Origin: Nemertoderma westbladi
Taxonomy: Eukaryota > Animalia > Xenacoelomorpha
DNA length: 64,000 nucleotides
Direction: 5' to 3'
NCBI GenBank assembly: GCA_032718475.1
Contig: JAUCBJ010003212.1
Span: 47,944-111,943 of the forward strand
In this document: positions 51,226-64,000 of the stretch, in pieces
How positions within the stretch are numbered: position 1 is the stretch's first letter
Layout of the letters: every line of letters begins with the position of its first letter
Made by a program: the position numbers and the translations under genes
Notes under the pieces: generated by a model
Databases searched by the model: none
Told to the model about the DNA's origin: nothing
The model's input: only the letters and a program-made list of their open reading frames with translations

Positions 51226-53199
51226 CGTCTTTCCCTAACATTGACATTTAACATTGAGGTGATATATTAATTCGCCGAGATGGAATTTGCGTCTAGGCCC
51301 CACCCCCCAAATGTCTCCTCATTATTGATTGATAAGCCAACACCACAAGTGAGAAATTAATATACTGTCAAATTTTAAGATTTTGATTTTCAACTTTTTT
51401 GTGAAGGTTTTCTTGATTATGGATTCTCAGAGCTCGTCACTTCAAGAGAATAAAGGATTGTAAATTAAATTAATCAATAAAATTAGCCGCCCTGGGAGAG
51501 TTGCTTCAGGCATGACTGCTAGAAAACTCCATTATATATTTATGCTCATTAGTCCCATGAGGGTGTGAACATTAATAACAACTACACAACTACAACTACA
51601 CAACACTACGAGACCGAGACCGTACCATATAACAATGTCTGCCATCCAACCAAAACCTCAACTATGCTGCAAAGATACAATTTATATAAACTCTATATAT
51701 TCATTGGGGCCACCCATCATAAACTGCTTCATACTGATTAATAATAATGTAGTTAGTTGCCACATAGGAAAGCTTATGAGCTTTTCCAAGTAATTATGGG
51801 TGGTAGTAATTACATCACAAGAAGTAAGTAGGAAGTAGGCCATATAAAAAAGAATGGGAACATACAATAGGAACTCATTGAATGATAAACTACACGATGT
51901 GGGGTGTACTGCTGCTACTCAGTAGATTAGATCTGACTGAGACTTCAGTTTGTTCTACAACTAAACTATAATGTGTAGAGCCTACATTCTGCTGTGCGAG
52001 CCACTTAGTGTTGAGATATACTGTGTGTAGGATTACGGAGATAGCCTCAATTTTTACATTATTAGGATATCACCAGCTGATATCCATTCACTTTACCTGC
52101 AATAGGCCTAGTAGTCACACCATAACCGCTTACCGGTACCACTTGGACTATTATACTTACGCTGTAGTGGGATGCGCTAATAATAGTAATTAGTTGTGGT
52201 CGTCATTATCATGTGGTCGTCATATTTCATTTATTGTGGCGAACCATCCTAGGCCAATACGTCTTAGGCTGAAAAGTCTGTTGCCCTCAAATTTCATAAC
52301 TTTGATAATAGTGTTTATTTACATCTGCAGAGTTAAAATTTGAAAACATCAATAGGCCCAAAACACAAAATTTTTAACAGAGTTACTGTTACGATCAGTT
52401 CAACAGACTCCCACTATAGGGTTATAACACTTTACATAATACTTTACATAATTTTATCTCACATGCTCTGCGAACCCGAAGGCTCATAATGAATTTTACT
52501 AATGGAATCTACTATTGACTTTCGAGAAAGATCTGCTAAAAGATACTGTTCTTTATAACGAAGTTGAATTGGGGATTTACATAGCTGACCACAAACTGTG
52601 AAAGTGAAGGAGTTATGTGTTGTAGAGGCATCTGAAAGAGTGTTCTACTGTAATGGTGTGATATATGTAATGTAATGTATGTTTGTAATAAATATTATTA
52701 TCTATATTTAGTGTTCTTTGGGAAACTATTATTCCATGGTGTGTGTGCCTTAATGGCACACATTTTGATCATGCCAGATACTACTACAGTACTAGGTCGA
52801 GCAAGCTCAGTATAGTCGGTCGTCCACGGCCACGCTTTCCTTGTGTTGGTTGCCAAAAAAGTAGATCCTGGTACGACCTAATGTTTACTTCTCCAGCAGT
52901 GCTTACTGAATCTTAATCTGCATTCACATAGGGTGGTTGTGATACACAGGTTGTATTACCATAAAGCTCGCCATTTGTCATGTGTTGTCTCCAGCTGATG
53001 TTTAGGGTCTTAGTAGTCTTGCTTGTGTAGCAACCATTAGTTGGGGAACTATTATTTGTTCACATTATTGCTGGTGATATACCATAATCGCAACGATCAA
53101 CACAAACTAATAACTGCATGAATAATAAACTACGATAAACTACTACTTGTTGCAAACTATTACATCCTGTACCGGTACTGTCGGATTTTGTATTAGTTA

Positions 53200-56100
53200 T
53201 AATAGCTGCTGACTGTTGTATGTGATGGGGTATTGCAAGATATGGACACGTTCGAACAGAGGTTAAAGCCATGCACATGTTTGCAATGTGCAGTTATGAA
53301 CTCCAACACAAACATACTGACTTTGTATCTACAAGTTCAACATCCCTCTACCCCTGCTGCTCCTGTCAATTATAACAATAATAGTACCAGTAGGCCTAAT
53401 GGCAACGATATTTGGAGAATATTCTCAGAATCCAGGACAAGCACCAGTGACCCCCTGGCACCTGCAACCTATACCTATAGTTGACACCACACAAATTACG
53501 GATGCTACTCCAGTTAGTGCCTTGAGCGTCAGCCAACTCCTGTAATTAATGAAAACTGCCATTGACCCCTGATTAACAATTGAACAGTTGAAGATTTGCA
53601 ATGGGACAATATGGAGCTCCGCCGAATCTGCCACAACCAGGTAAACTTTACCGAAAGAATAGATCGCCAACAGCGAGCAAATAATATTATCAGGGCAGGA
53701 GTCCCTGAAACCAAGGATGCCGAAACGCTAAAGAATATTTGGACAATGATGGGTCTGTCTCTTACCAGTGTGGATTTAGATTATTCTTTCCATCGATTAG
53801 GTGAACTTACTTCAGAACAGAAGAAACCTCGTCTCATCCTTATCGAACTCAAGCTGCTTCGGATTGAAGAAAATTCCTTGAAGCGGCTAAGAAGTTGAAG
53901 GAATCAAATGATTTTTCTTCGGTTTATGTAAAACCTTTCATTCATCCTAGCATCAGAAATGAAACTGGCGGCTTCAGGGCTGTAGAAAGGTAAGAGAAAA
54001 AGCGACTGGAAAACATGGGCCGTAATATAAAGTATGACCCAAAGACAAAGGAACTGACACGCGATGGTGATGTGATTGACAGGTTTCGACCAAATTTTGA
54101 TTAAGGCATCATACTTCACAGGTATTAAGTGTTTTATTGTGGAACAAAGGTGGTATAAATGAGAAACTTATTTTTTAAATAATTAGGTATTTTAGTAGTT
54201 TTGATGTTGTTGTATTACAAGAACTTAAGACACCCCTTGCAGTCTCTATCCCATGGTTTAAACCTTATCGATCTGTGAGTTCAACTAATGACCATAGAGG
54301 AGGTTCTGCTTTATTTATCAAGCACTACCTCGCCCCATATGTTACATGCTCCGCACTATTACCAGATTTAATTTGGTTTTCGTTTTCTTTTAACCCTGAC
54401 ATAAAGTTATGCTTTGTTTATATCCCTCCAGCCAATACTTTGCATGCAAACCTAATATAACAAGTAAATTATGTACAATACAAATACAAAGTATACTGTA
54501 AATATATTAAGTTCTTTTGATAATCAAAGATTTGTTGTTTTTGGCAATATCAATAGAGATTAGGTAATCTATGCATGAAGTTTAGTAATAGTAAATATAC
54601 ATATACGAGTCATATAATATACATATACAAGTACATAGGCGAGTAATAGATTTATGTTGTGATTGTAATTTGCGCATTTTGAGTTATTTGAACTTTACTG
54701 GTTGTGTTAGTTTGGGTGGAAGCTTAACTTTCCGCCACAAGAATAATTACATTTCTGAACTTGACCGTGTTTTTGTGTCAATTATTGTTAAATAATTTAC
54801 TAGGTTTTTCAAAATCTACTTGTTGTGATTTACTTTGTCCTTCTGACTATAATGCCATTAGTTTCAGTTTAAAGTTAGATTGTAATTTAAGCTCAGAACA
54901 TTTGTTTTGTAGATCAAGTACACTAGCAAACTATCAGTATTATGAATCTAAATGAGGGCAATCTAGTAAAGTAATAACTAGGAATAATTTAGATTTAAAC
55001 TTGTTTGTTGATGCAATTAACTCAACGTTACACCCTATAACTGCCCCAAATATCACCACCCACACTGATATTGAAAGTATTGCAAATAAACTGACTGAAT
55101 GTATATAATAATTCGGCATCTCAAGACGACTCTCACCTTCCCACTCATTTATTACTCATTTTGAGAAATTAAGAATTGCGACCAATACGTTCACCTGGTG
55201 TCCATAATTAACCATTCGGGTGGGCTCAAAGCTTCTATTCTTGCACAGTCAATGCTGTGCGCGGCAATTGGTGTACGCGAAACAGTTTTTCGGTATATGT
55301 TATACATCGAGACCAATATACGAGACCCTGTATCTTTCATTCATAGACGGCAGTATAATTACCTTTGTAAAATGCTCGCAAACGAGGACTTACACAAGCC
55401 ACTGATGTTTGCAATGAACTTATGTATGCTCCACCACACACCTAATGGGCGAGCCATCGAGTGTTTACTTTCCTGTAGGACAAACCACATCTGATCAGCA
55501 GAAGGTGTGTATGTGGGGATGTCCAGACAGAAGATGTGTATGTGGGGATATCCAGATAGAAGGTGTGTATGTGGGGATGTCCAGACAGAAGGTGTGTATG
55601 TGGGGATGTCCAGACAGAAGGTGTGTATGTGGGGATGTCCAGACAGAAGGTGTGTATGTGGGGATGTCCAGATAGAAGGTGTGTATGTGGGGATGTCCAG
55701 ACAGAAGGTGTGTATGTGGGGATGTCCAGACAGAAGGTGTGTATGTGGGGATGTCCAGACAGAAGGTGTGTATGTGGGGATGTCCAGACAGAAGGTGTGT
55801 GTGTATGTGGGGATGTCCAGACAGAAGGTGTGTATGTGGGGATGTCCAGATAGAAGGTGTGTATGTGGGGATGTCCAGACAGAAGGTGTGTATGTGGGGA
55901 TGTCCAGACAGAAGGTGTGTATGTGGGGATGTCCAGACAGAAGGTGTGTATGTGGGGGTGTCCAGATAGAAGGTGTGTATGTGGGGATGTCCAGACAGAA
56001 GGTGTGTATGTGGGGATGTCCAGACAGAAGGTGTGTGTGTATGTGGGGATGTCCAGACAGAAGGTGTGTATGTGGGGATGTCCAGACAGAAAGTGTGTAT

Positions 56101-57800
56101 GTGGGGATGTCCAGACAGAAGGTGTGTATGTGGGGATGTCCAGATATAAGGTGTGTATGTGGGGATGTCCAGATAGAAGGTGTGTATGTGGGGATGTCCA
56201 GACAGAAGGTGTGTATGTGGGGATGTCCAGATATAAGGTGTGTATGTGGGGATGTCCAGACGGAAGGTGTGTATGTGGGGATGTCCAGACAGAAGGTGTG
56301 TATGTGGGGATGTCCAGATATAAGGTGTGTATGTGGGGATGTCCAGATATAAGGTGTGTATGTGGGGATGTCCAGACAGAAGGTGTGTATGTGGGGATGT
56401 CCAGATATAAGGTGTGTATGTGGGGATGTCCAGACAGAAGGTGTGTATTTGGGGATGTCCAGATATAAGGTGTGTATGTGGGGATGTCCAGACAGAAGGT
56501 GTTTATGTGGGGATGTCCAGATATAAGGTGTGTATGTGGGGATGTCCAGACGGAAGGTGTGTATGTGGGGATGTCCAGACAGAAGGTGAGTATGTGGGGA
56601 TATCCAGACAGAAGGTGAGTATGTGGGGATGTCCAGATATAAGGTGTGTATGTGGGGATGTCCAGACGGAAGGTGTGTATGTGGGGATGTCCAGACAGAA
56701 GGGGATGTCCAGACAGATGGTGTGTATGTGGGGATGTCCAGACAGAAGGTGTGTATGTGGGGATGTCCAGACAGAAGGTGTGTGTGTATGTGGGGATGTC
56801 CAGACAGAAGGTGTGTATGTGGGGATGTCCAGATAGAAGGTGTGTATGTGGGGATGTCCAGACAGAAGGTGTGTATGTGGGGATGTCCAGACAGAAGGTG
56901 TGAATGTGGGGATGTCCAGACAGAAGGTGTGTATGTGGGGATGTCCAGATAGAATGTGTGTATGTGGGGATGTCCAGACAGAAGGTGTGTATGTGGGGAT
57001 GTCCAGACAGAAGGTGTGTGTGTATGTGGGGATGCCCAGACAGAAGGTGTGTATGTGGGGATGTCCAGACAGAAAGTGTGTATGTGGGGATGTCCAGACA
57101 GAAGGTGTGTATGTGGGGATGTCCAGATATAAGGTGTGTATGTGGGGATGTCCAGATAGAAGGTGTGTATGTGGGGATGTCCAGACAGAAGGTGTGTATG
57201 TGGGGATGTCCAGATATAAGGTGTGTATGTGGGGATATCCAGACGGAAGGTGTGTATGTGGGGATGTCCAGACAGAAGGTGTGTATGTGGGGATGTCCAG
57301 ATATAAGGTGTGTATGTGGGGATGTCCAGATATAAGGTGTGTATGTGGGGATGTCCAGACAGAAGGTGTGTATGTGGGGATGTCCAGATATAAGGTGTGT
57401 ATGTGGGGATGTCCAGACAGAAGGTGTGTATTTGGGGATGTCCAGATATAAGGTGTGTATGTGGGGATGTCCAGACAGAAGGTGTGTATGTGGGGATGTC
57501 CAGATATAAGGTGTGTATGTGGGGATGTCCAGACGGAAGGTGTGTATGTGGGGATGTCCAGACAGAAGGTGTGTATGTGGGGATGTCCAGACAGAAGGTG
57601 AGTATGTGGGGATGTCCAGATATAAGGTGTGTATGTGGGGATGTCCAGACAGAAGGTGTGTATGTGGGGATGTCCAGATATAAGGTGTGTATGTGGGGAT
57701 GTCCAGACAGAAGGTGAGTATGTGGGGATGTCCAGACAGAAGGTCACGTTATTTGTACTTGTAGAATAATCCCTAGACCTAGTGTAATGATATTTTCGTG
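53200..57800 (+). mobile_element. Heavily decayed, internally deleted L2/CR1-group LINE whose 3' CCHC region is expanded into a satellite
   Basis: ORF1-like RANNIIRAGVPE...HRLG...KPRLILIEL; APE RGGSALFIK...FVYIPP; post-RT AIGVRET...LYIET; QTEGHVICTC resumes after the satellite. Confidence 0.75.
55499..57744. repeat. 29-bp satellite (~77 copies) with a 983-bp higher-order duplication
   Basis: Unit CAGAAGGTGTGTATGTGGGGATGTCCAGA; rare variants recur 982-983 bp apart. Confidence 0.97.
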
Positions 57801-57966
57801 GGTCAATTTATGAACGCGAACAATTTTCACGATGTATGCAAATTTATTTTTGACGCTTTGGGCATTTTGAAGGCAGAATAAACTTAAAGTTTTTGTTATT
57901 TGTTTTAGTGAAGTTGATTAAACTTAGGCAACCAGTCTTCCCAGGACAATGGAGAATTACAAGAAT

Positions 57967-58137
57967 TGTCCCGGTGTCCCGGTGTCCCGGTGTCCCGGTG
58001 TCCCGGTGTCCCGGTGTCCCGGTGTCCCGGTGTCCCGGTGTCCCGGTGTCCCGGTGTCCCGGTGTCCCGGTGTCCCGGTGTCCCGGTGTCCCGGTGTCCC
58101 GGTGTCCCGGTGTCCCGGTGTCCCGGTGTCCCGGTGT
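57967..58137. repeat. Perfect 8-bp tandem repeat (TGTCCCGG) x21 inside a LINE RT relic
   Basis: Collapsing the array restores FPGQWRITRIVPVFK. Confidence 0.95.
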
Positions 58138-59343
58138 TTAAGGCCAATGAATATTTCCCTGCATATTGTTGGGTTTTGTTTGTGTCGAAGGCCCCTACAT
58201 CCTACCTGTGGTATTGTACCGTATTTTATTGTAGGGCATGGTTTTGGTTGAATGCTGAATGATAAATTTCAGACTTTAATGATATTATTTCTAGGAAAAC
58301 TAAGGAAAGACGGAAATAAATTGGCATTTCTTACTTACTGACAGCAGCTACCGGAGTGTAGTAGATGCTGAACCAATTCAGACAGAAATATTGGCGAAAT
58401 AGATTGGGTGGAACCCAATCTTTGTGGCATGTGGTCTGTATTAACTTTATATATAGATTGATTTTCTGGTGTTTGAACGACTTCGCATTCAGATGGTAGT
58501 TTTTGCTTTCAATTCAATATGAATTGCTCTTATGTAAACTTAGCAAATAAAATTAATTATATTTATATTTATTTGCGATAGAGGCCTGTTTTGTTTCCAT
58601 TTCGAGGCCGGCTGAGCTGTCCAGATATGATTTACTGTTCACTTTTCTAATCCTAACAATCAGCTACAACCTTGTTAAATATGTTACAAGGTACATTAAT
58701 TATATTATTAAATATATTTTTTACTTAAATTGTTACTTTATCGCCGGGGAAATGGGTACTTTTTCCCATGAGTGAAAACTATCCCATCAGATTGCAATGA
58801 TTTTACTTTTTTATTATTTTATTGTAAATTATGTGTTAAAAGATCATCGAAGTAGAAATTCTTTGTACGTAATTTGAGCAAAATCCATTCACGCGCTCAA
58901 CAGCTATTGCAAATTTAGTGTCTGCAAGGCGCACAAGTAGTTAAGCGGCTCTCTAAAATGAAAAAGTCCAGTTTACCTCGGCAGTTAATGTGTAATAACT
59001 ATTTACATACTTGTGTGTAAAGTAGCATTTTACAGTGTGATGATCCGAGTGGCTTTGTTACACGAACGAACGGTTTAGTAGGTTTAAATCAAAATTGTAA
59101 CATTACGAAAGGATTGTATATTATATACATTATAGGTGATAGAAACTGCACAAATTATATTATTTGCTGTATATATAAATGTAAAAATGACATAAATTAT
59201 GTTATAAATAAGTTACCTTATATTTATGGTGGCGTTTGGAGCCATGTTATAATAATATAGCTAGGCCCTACTGGTTATTAATAGCTATACCCCGCCTACC
59301 GGTAATGCAGTAGGCCGATCTGGCTGTCAGGCAAATTTCCACC

Positions 59344-59434
59344 TATTGTTTACGTGGTATCCAATGACGGCGTTAAGTAATGTCCCCTTAGTGGACATTA
59401 CTTAACGCCGCCATGGGTAGCCACGTAAACAATA
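59344..59434. other. 91-nt near-perfect hairpin (MITE or structured RNA)
   Basis: ~42-bp arms TATTGTTTACGTGG...TAAGTAATGTCC / GGACATTACTTA...CCACGTAAACAATA with a 7-nt loop. Confidence 0.7.
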
Positions 59435-60782
59435 ACACCAAATACAATACTAAATGTACAGGCCAATACAATGCTGTAATGTCCTCTAAAGTTGAAAAGT
59501 GCTAAATAACAACTCGCTGTTAATACTAACGTCGTTGAGTAATGTTACAATTTTAGAATAACATTTCATGCAACCTCATTAAGATTTTTAGAAAAATTTG
59601 GGAGGGGGAGGTCCAGCGTCCAGGTACCTGAATAAAGACACTATATTCCAGGACATGGTGTATCTGATACTTCCTTGAGAAGGTGATACAAACAACCAGT
59701 TGAGAAGTGAGCGCGGAAAGCATGGAGCATATAGTTTGTTTATCAGATTTCACTGGCGGTCACTTGAAACCGAAAGTGTTGTTGTAAAGCTTCCGTTTCC
59801 GGGTTTTATTGGCTCATTTGTAATGCGATCAGGATGATATACACTGGCCAGACGAAGGCGAAATTTACCTACATACCCAATGATGTAAGTAAGTGTACGA
59901 ACTCAGAAATAAATAATATGTTGATAGTTTGTTGTGAAAAATTCCAATCATCTTTAAGTTTATTTAGGCCAAATAAAGTGCTCACCAGACCATTTAATAT
60001 CATATAATTCCGGACACAAATTTATTGCATCCAAAATTAAATAACGACTAACACCAAATTTCACGTGAGGAGCGTGTGATTGATGCTCAGAGAGTCTACG
60101 CCATTCAGTTTCAAACAAACTGAAAGTAATCGTAGAGAGTGATATCTATCTATCTATGCGGAGGGTATTCATTGAATCTGTACACTAACATACGAATGAA
60201 GAACAATAATATTTTATTAACACGATAATATTAAAATGTTTTACAGGAACTATTTATACGATAACTTAATTAATTCGCCTTAGAATATAAATGTATAAAA
60301 ATGCGTAATTATATCTTAAAATTCCAAAATTAAGTATTGCAGATAGCATATGGGTTACTATCTTTTGCAATTTATTTCAGTAATACTGAACTGATGAGTT
60401 GATAGTTGTCGTTTCAGCCTCACATTATTCTAGATAACTTAGATAAACGCGATGCAACCCGTCATCCTTGATTTAATTACTAAAGCAGATTGAGTTTCTT
60501 ATCCAGAATGCAGCTGCCAACTACTATATCTATTCCCAACAGGAATAAAGATAACGAGGCATCAACCAATCACAATAGAGTGAAACTTTAGAGGAGATTC
60601 CATGGGTAAATTTCCGATTAAAGTCACCAATTTTATCTAACATGATAAGTTAGTGTTCCTCAACGCTGTAATAAATGAAAATATAAAATAATGTTTAGTA
60701 TAAATTATCACAATTAATATTTTGTCTGCAAAGTCAATTGTGCCTGATTATACTGTAGTAATCGAATTTATTTGATAAGCCA

Positions 60783-61146
60783 ATGGCGGATATATCCAAG
60801 GAAGAAGACGATTTTTTCTCTGAAAACGACGACGTTGGGAGCCGACCGAGTTTCTCAACTGGCGGTCCGTCACGATGTGAAAGCAACGCCTCTGGCGTGC
60901 CGCTAACAACGTATAGGAGTAGGAAACGATATTCTAGAACACCGGCTAACATAAAGAAATCATACCAACAGTCTCTCACAGCCCAGTTGTGTTGTTCTGC
61001 AATGACAATGTTCTTTTATATGATTCTCATTGGTGGGGCTATTCTCGTTGTGGTTATGTCTATACAGGACGCGGTGTTCGCCAATCAGAACCCTGTGACT
61101 GCCTTCAAGAAACTTGAACTGCCTAATGGGGAACAAGAGGCACCCT
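60783..61146 (+). CDS. First coding exon of a membrane protein resembling proton-activated chloride channel PACC1/TMEM206 (N-terminus and TM1)
   Basis: Good Kozak context (ccaATGG), acidic N-terminus, one TM segment MTMFFYMILIGGAILVVVMSI followed by QD...NPV...EAP, then a phase-1 donor GTGAGT at 61147. No downstream exon recognised in the window. Confidence 0.6.
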
Positions 61147-62772
61147 GTGAGTGAAAATATTTAAATTTTAGTAGTACCAGTATAGTATGTTGTAAAACTG
61201 TACAACAATATTATGTATCTGTCTAATTTTTTTGAGAATTTGCCAAATTTAATGGCGCATCTTTTGCAAAGAACGGCGTCGCAGTTGGATTCGATGTGGG
61301 TGCGACTTTACAATTTGGTCCTCAGCACAAATTTATGAGTTTATCCTTAGTGTTAGTGTCCTTAGCTTTGAGTTATTGACTCATATTGATATAAAGTACT
61401 GTACTGCTCAATACAAGTATGTAAGCGTAGTGGTACTTCATTTTTGGTGCACCAAAATTAGGGAGCGACACTTCAAATTTTGAAATATTCAAGATTCTGA
61501 AAATACGCCCAGAAAGCCTATAAAATGCCCTGATATCAAAACATGGAGGATTTTTCCTGATCTCATATTTTTCAAAATTTTGCCACCCCCACTTAGATGC
61601 ATGAAAAATAGCATACCGCTTAATTTTTTGGAATGGAATATAATAGCATTCGATTCAGCGTCTTGAAAAACCTACTAGAACTAGATAACAAAACCACACT
61701 ATCAGTTTTTAAAATATCAAAAATTTGAAATTTGGTCCTAGGACTATTTCTATTTTTCCTGAAAATTGCGATCCCTAGCTTATGAAATTTTCATTTTTTA
61801 AGGTTAGGAAGTGTTTATTGGGAATTTTTCACCTACAGTCCAAATTTCGTAGGAATTCGTTGGACGATTACTACAATACAGTGGGGAGGGAGGATCCCCC
61901 CCCCCCCCCCCCAGTAGTGCTGCTAATGGTCTAAACACCCCAGTGCTAATGGGGTTAATGTTTTTACTTATATAGACCTTTAGTTTAAAATAAATGTACC
62001 ATCCAAATTTCGCCATTTCTGCCAACTGTAGTAGTGGGGATGGGGGTGTATATAATTAATATTTTAGATCTTTCTTTATATGGCGGCTGGGAATGCTGTA
62101 GTGTCGTTATCACATCTATAGAACTCGTCCATCCAGTAGGTAGATGACGCACCGGTGCGGTACAGTCCATCTATATGGTAGGCCTAGTGGTGCAACCGTA
62201 CAGTCCATCTGTATATTGTAGTGGTGTAACCTTCTACTGTCCCTTTATATAGTGACGCCAACAATAATAGTCACTATATTAATCACTACCGTAATTAAAT
62301 TCAATGTTTAACATTTTTTGTTTTAATATACAAAGATTGGCTCTTTTTAAATTAAATTTTTCCATTTTTTTCGAATCACGAATTTATTTATTTTTACGAA
62401 AAATTATGTATCCAAATCATATTGTAACATTGAATTCCCTTGATTATTATCCTTCGTGTCGCACGAATTTTATAACGCCCCCTACCCTAATTAACTTAAT
62501 AAATTTATTAATATAAATTACAAGGCTGTAAGACTTTACTACCTTAAGTAAACACGGTACCACTCTTTCTCGGTGGTATATATTTTATCAGGAAAATAAA
62601 AAAAATTAATTTAAACTAAACCCCAATGTATTCATTATCCGGTATGAGTATTTGGATTGTTGGTTGGGTTTCTCCGGCGCAGAATGTCCCAGTACTAATG
62701 TACTAATATCCGGAGCGGAGACGTGGTGGTTGGATTGTCAATATTAGCTTAAACATTTAGCGTTACTGATAT

Positions 62773-64000
62773 ACCGAGAGAAAGCCGCCCCAATATTGGA
62801 TTATTACAACAACATATCCATTGGGTAAGAAAGTGGAGGAGAGCCAGCCCGACTCTTAATTTTTTACTTTATATTACGCGATCAATTTTCACTCATCTCG
62901 TCATGAACCCAACATGTATGTAACCTTTTGTTAAATTTGTTGGCTATGCGTTTGCGGTTGTTTGGGCGGAGTGTGGTAGGCCTACACTTCTCACACTTAA
63001 ATATTTTGGTTGTGAAATGTTACAGGGCATAGCGATCTGAGATATTTCATTTATATTTTATTATGAGAGGAAGAAGAACATACAACGTTATTTACTATGT
63101 AACAAAATAATTGTTTTCGGGTTTAACTTGGAAGCCTCCCCAAATAGTTGATATACAATTATATTTAAAATTATTTCCATGGTCATGGTCATTCACCCGT
63201 CTTTAGTTAGAAATTTGTTTGCATGAAAGACAGTTTAGTTTAGTTTTTACTGATTATTATCTCTTATCTGACTGGGGTAATAATAAAGGATAGGATAAAT
63301 GGAAGCAAAGTGTGACAGTAACAAATATTTCCCCGTCACCCTAGCATGTCTTAAGAATATGATATATCAAAGGGGGAAGTTTGGATTCACTGCATAAATG
63401 CAGTTCACCAAACTTCCCCCGAATGCACACTGTAACTTCCCCCTTCCCCCAAATATCCACTGTTGAATTAATTTGAAGCGATATAATAAGTACAAAATTG
63501 TGCGAGTTTTTAATTGTGTGGTCCAATTGTTATTTGATTTCTATTTATTATTTAAAGTGCATTTAATATCACACTGGTTTTTAGAATATTATACTATACC
63601 ACCTTATGTTTTATTAATTTACCCAATCGAAGCCTCAAACAACATATTAATATGAAAATAAAGTATCTGCAAAGAAAATAACCCAATACTATATAATTTG
63701 ACCTTATTAAAAAATTTGCACTTTTGCACACTTATTTGTACAAATGCACTTTAGCAGATCGTAATGGTGGCTCTTATATAACAAACTTATGTTTATCCTC
63801 TACCGCTCTACGATGGTGTATGATCAATGATCAAGTGTCAGTCGCTAAAAGTGTCAAAAATCCAATTTAATAAATCTGGATTTGCGATTTTGGACCATAT
63901 TCATGGACATTTTAAGTCACTTTATAGACATAAAAAGTTAAACAAATGTTACGATTATAGTTAGAAATCATTCCAAACTACATTTTAATCCCAAAAATAA
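62773..64000 (-). repeat. Inverted copy of the 24684-25958 repeat, running off the right edge
   Basis: Reverse complement matches 24684-25958 closely. Confidence 0.92.

Noticed and set aside
55445-57747. Cys-rich metallothionein- or keratin-like ORFs
   Set aside because: They are translations of the 29-bp satellite in shifting frames.
57893-58262. Collagen-like or RCPGVPVS repeat proteins
   Set aside because: Artefact of an 8-bp tandem repeat.
59553-59890. Bidirectional promoter with a minus-strand exon and a plus-strand 5' UTR exon (donor GTAAGT ~59885)
   Set aside because: Only short generic motifs (CCAAT, ETS-like) and no recognisable protein; not supportable without transcripts.

Overview
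AT-rich eukaryotic (invertebrate-animal-like) genomic DNA with GT-AG introns, made almost entirely of nested transposable elements and satellites. The centre-piece (6211-22843) is a CCC...GGG-ended EnSpm/CMC-type element with no transposase. It carries an intact 7-exon, 377-aa DUF4806-like gene. Intron 5 of that gene holds a DINE-1/Helentron-like short element whose (CA)n tract is split by a ~10-kb tyrosine-recombinase (Crypton-V-like) element (11018-21006). Spliced by hand, the recombinase gene reads Tudor-like domain / ~53 x 11-aa Cys- and SQ-rich repeat / acidic tract / Zn finger / tyrosine recombinase / acidic tract / Myb-SANT-like domain, with one nonsense codon and one frameshift. Further right, an L2/CR1-group LINE has been hit by an apparently intact 5.5-kb hAT transposon (875-aa transposase, 8-bp TSD) and by an RTE LINE flanked by a 288-bp target duplication. 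Two satellites appear to have grown out of LINE coding sequence. Likely host exons are a Gly/Arg-rich first exon at the left edge (minus) and a PACC1/TMEM206-like first coding exon at 60783-61146. All family names come from motif recognition; no database search was run.
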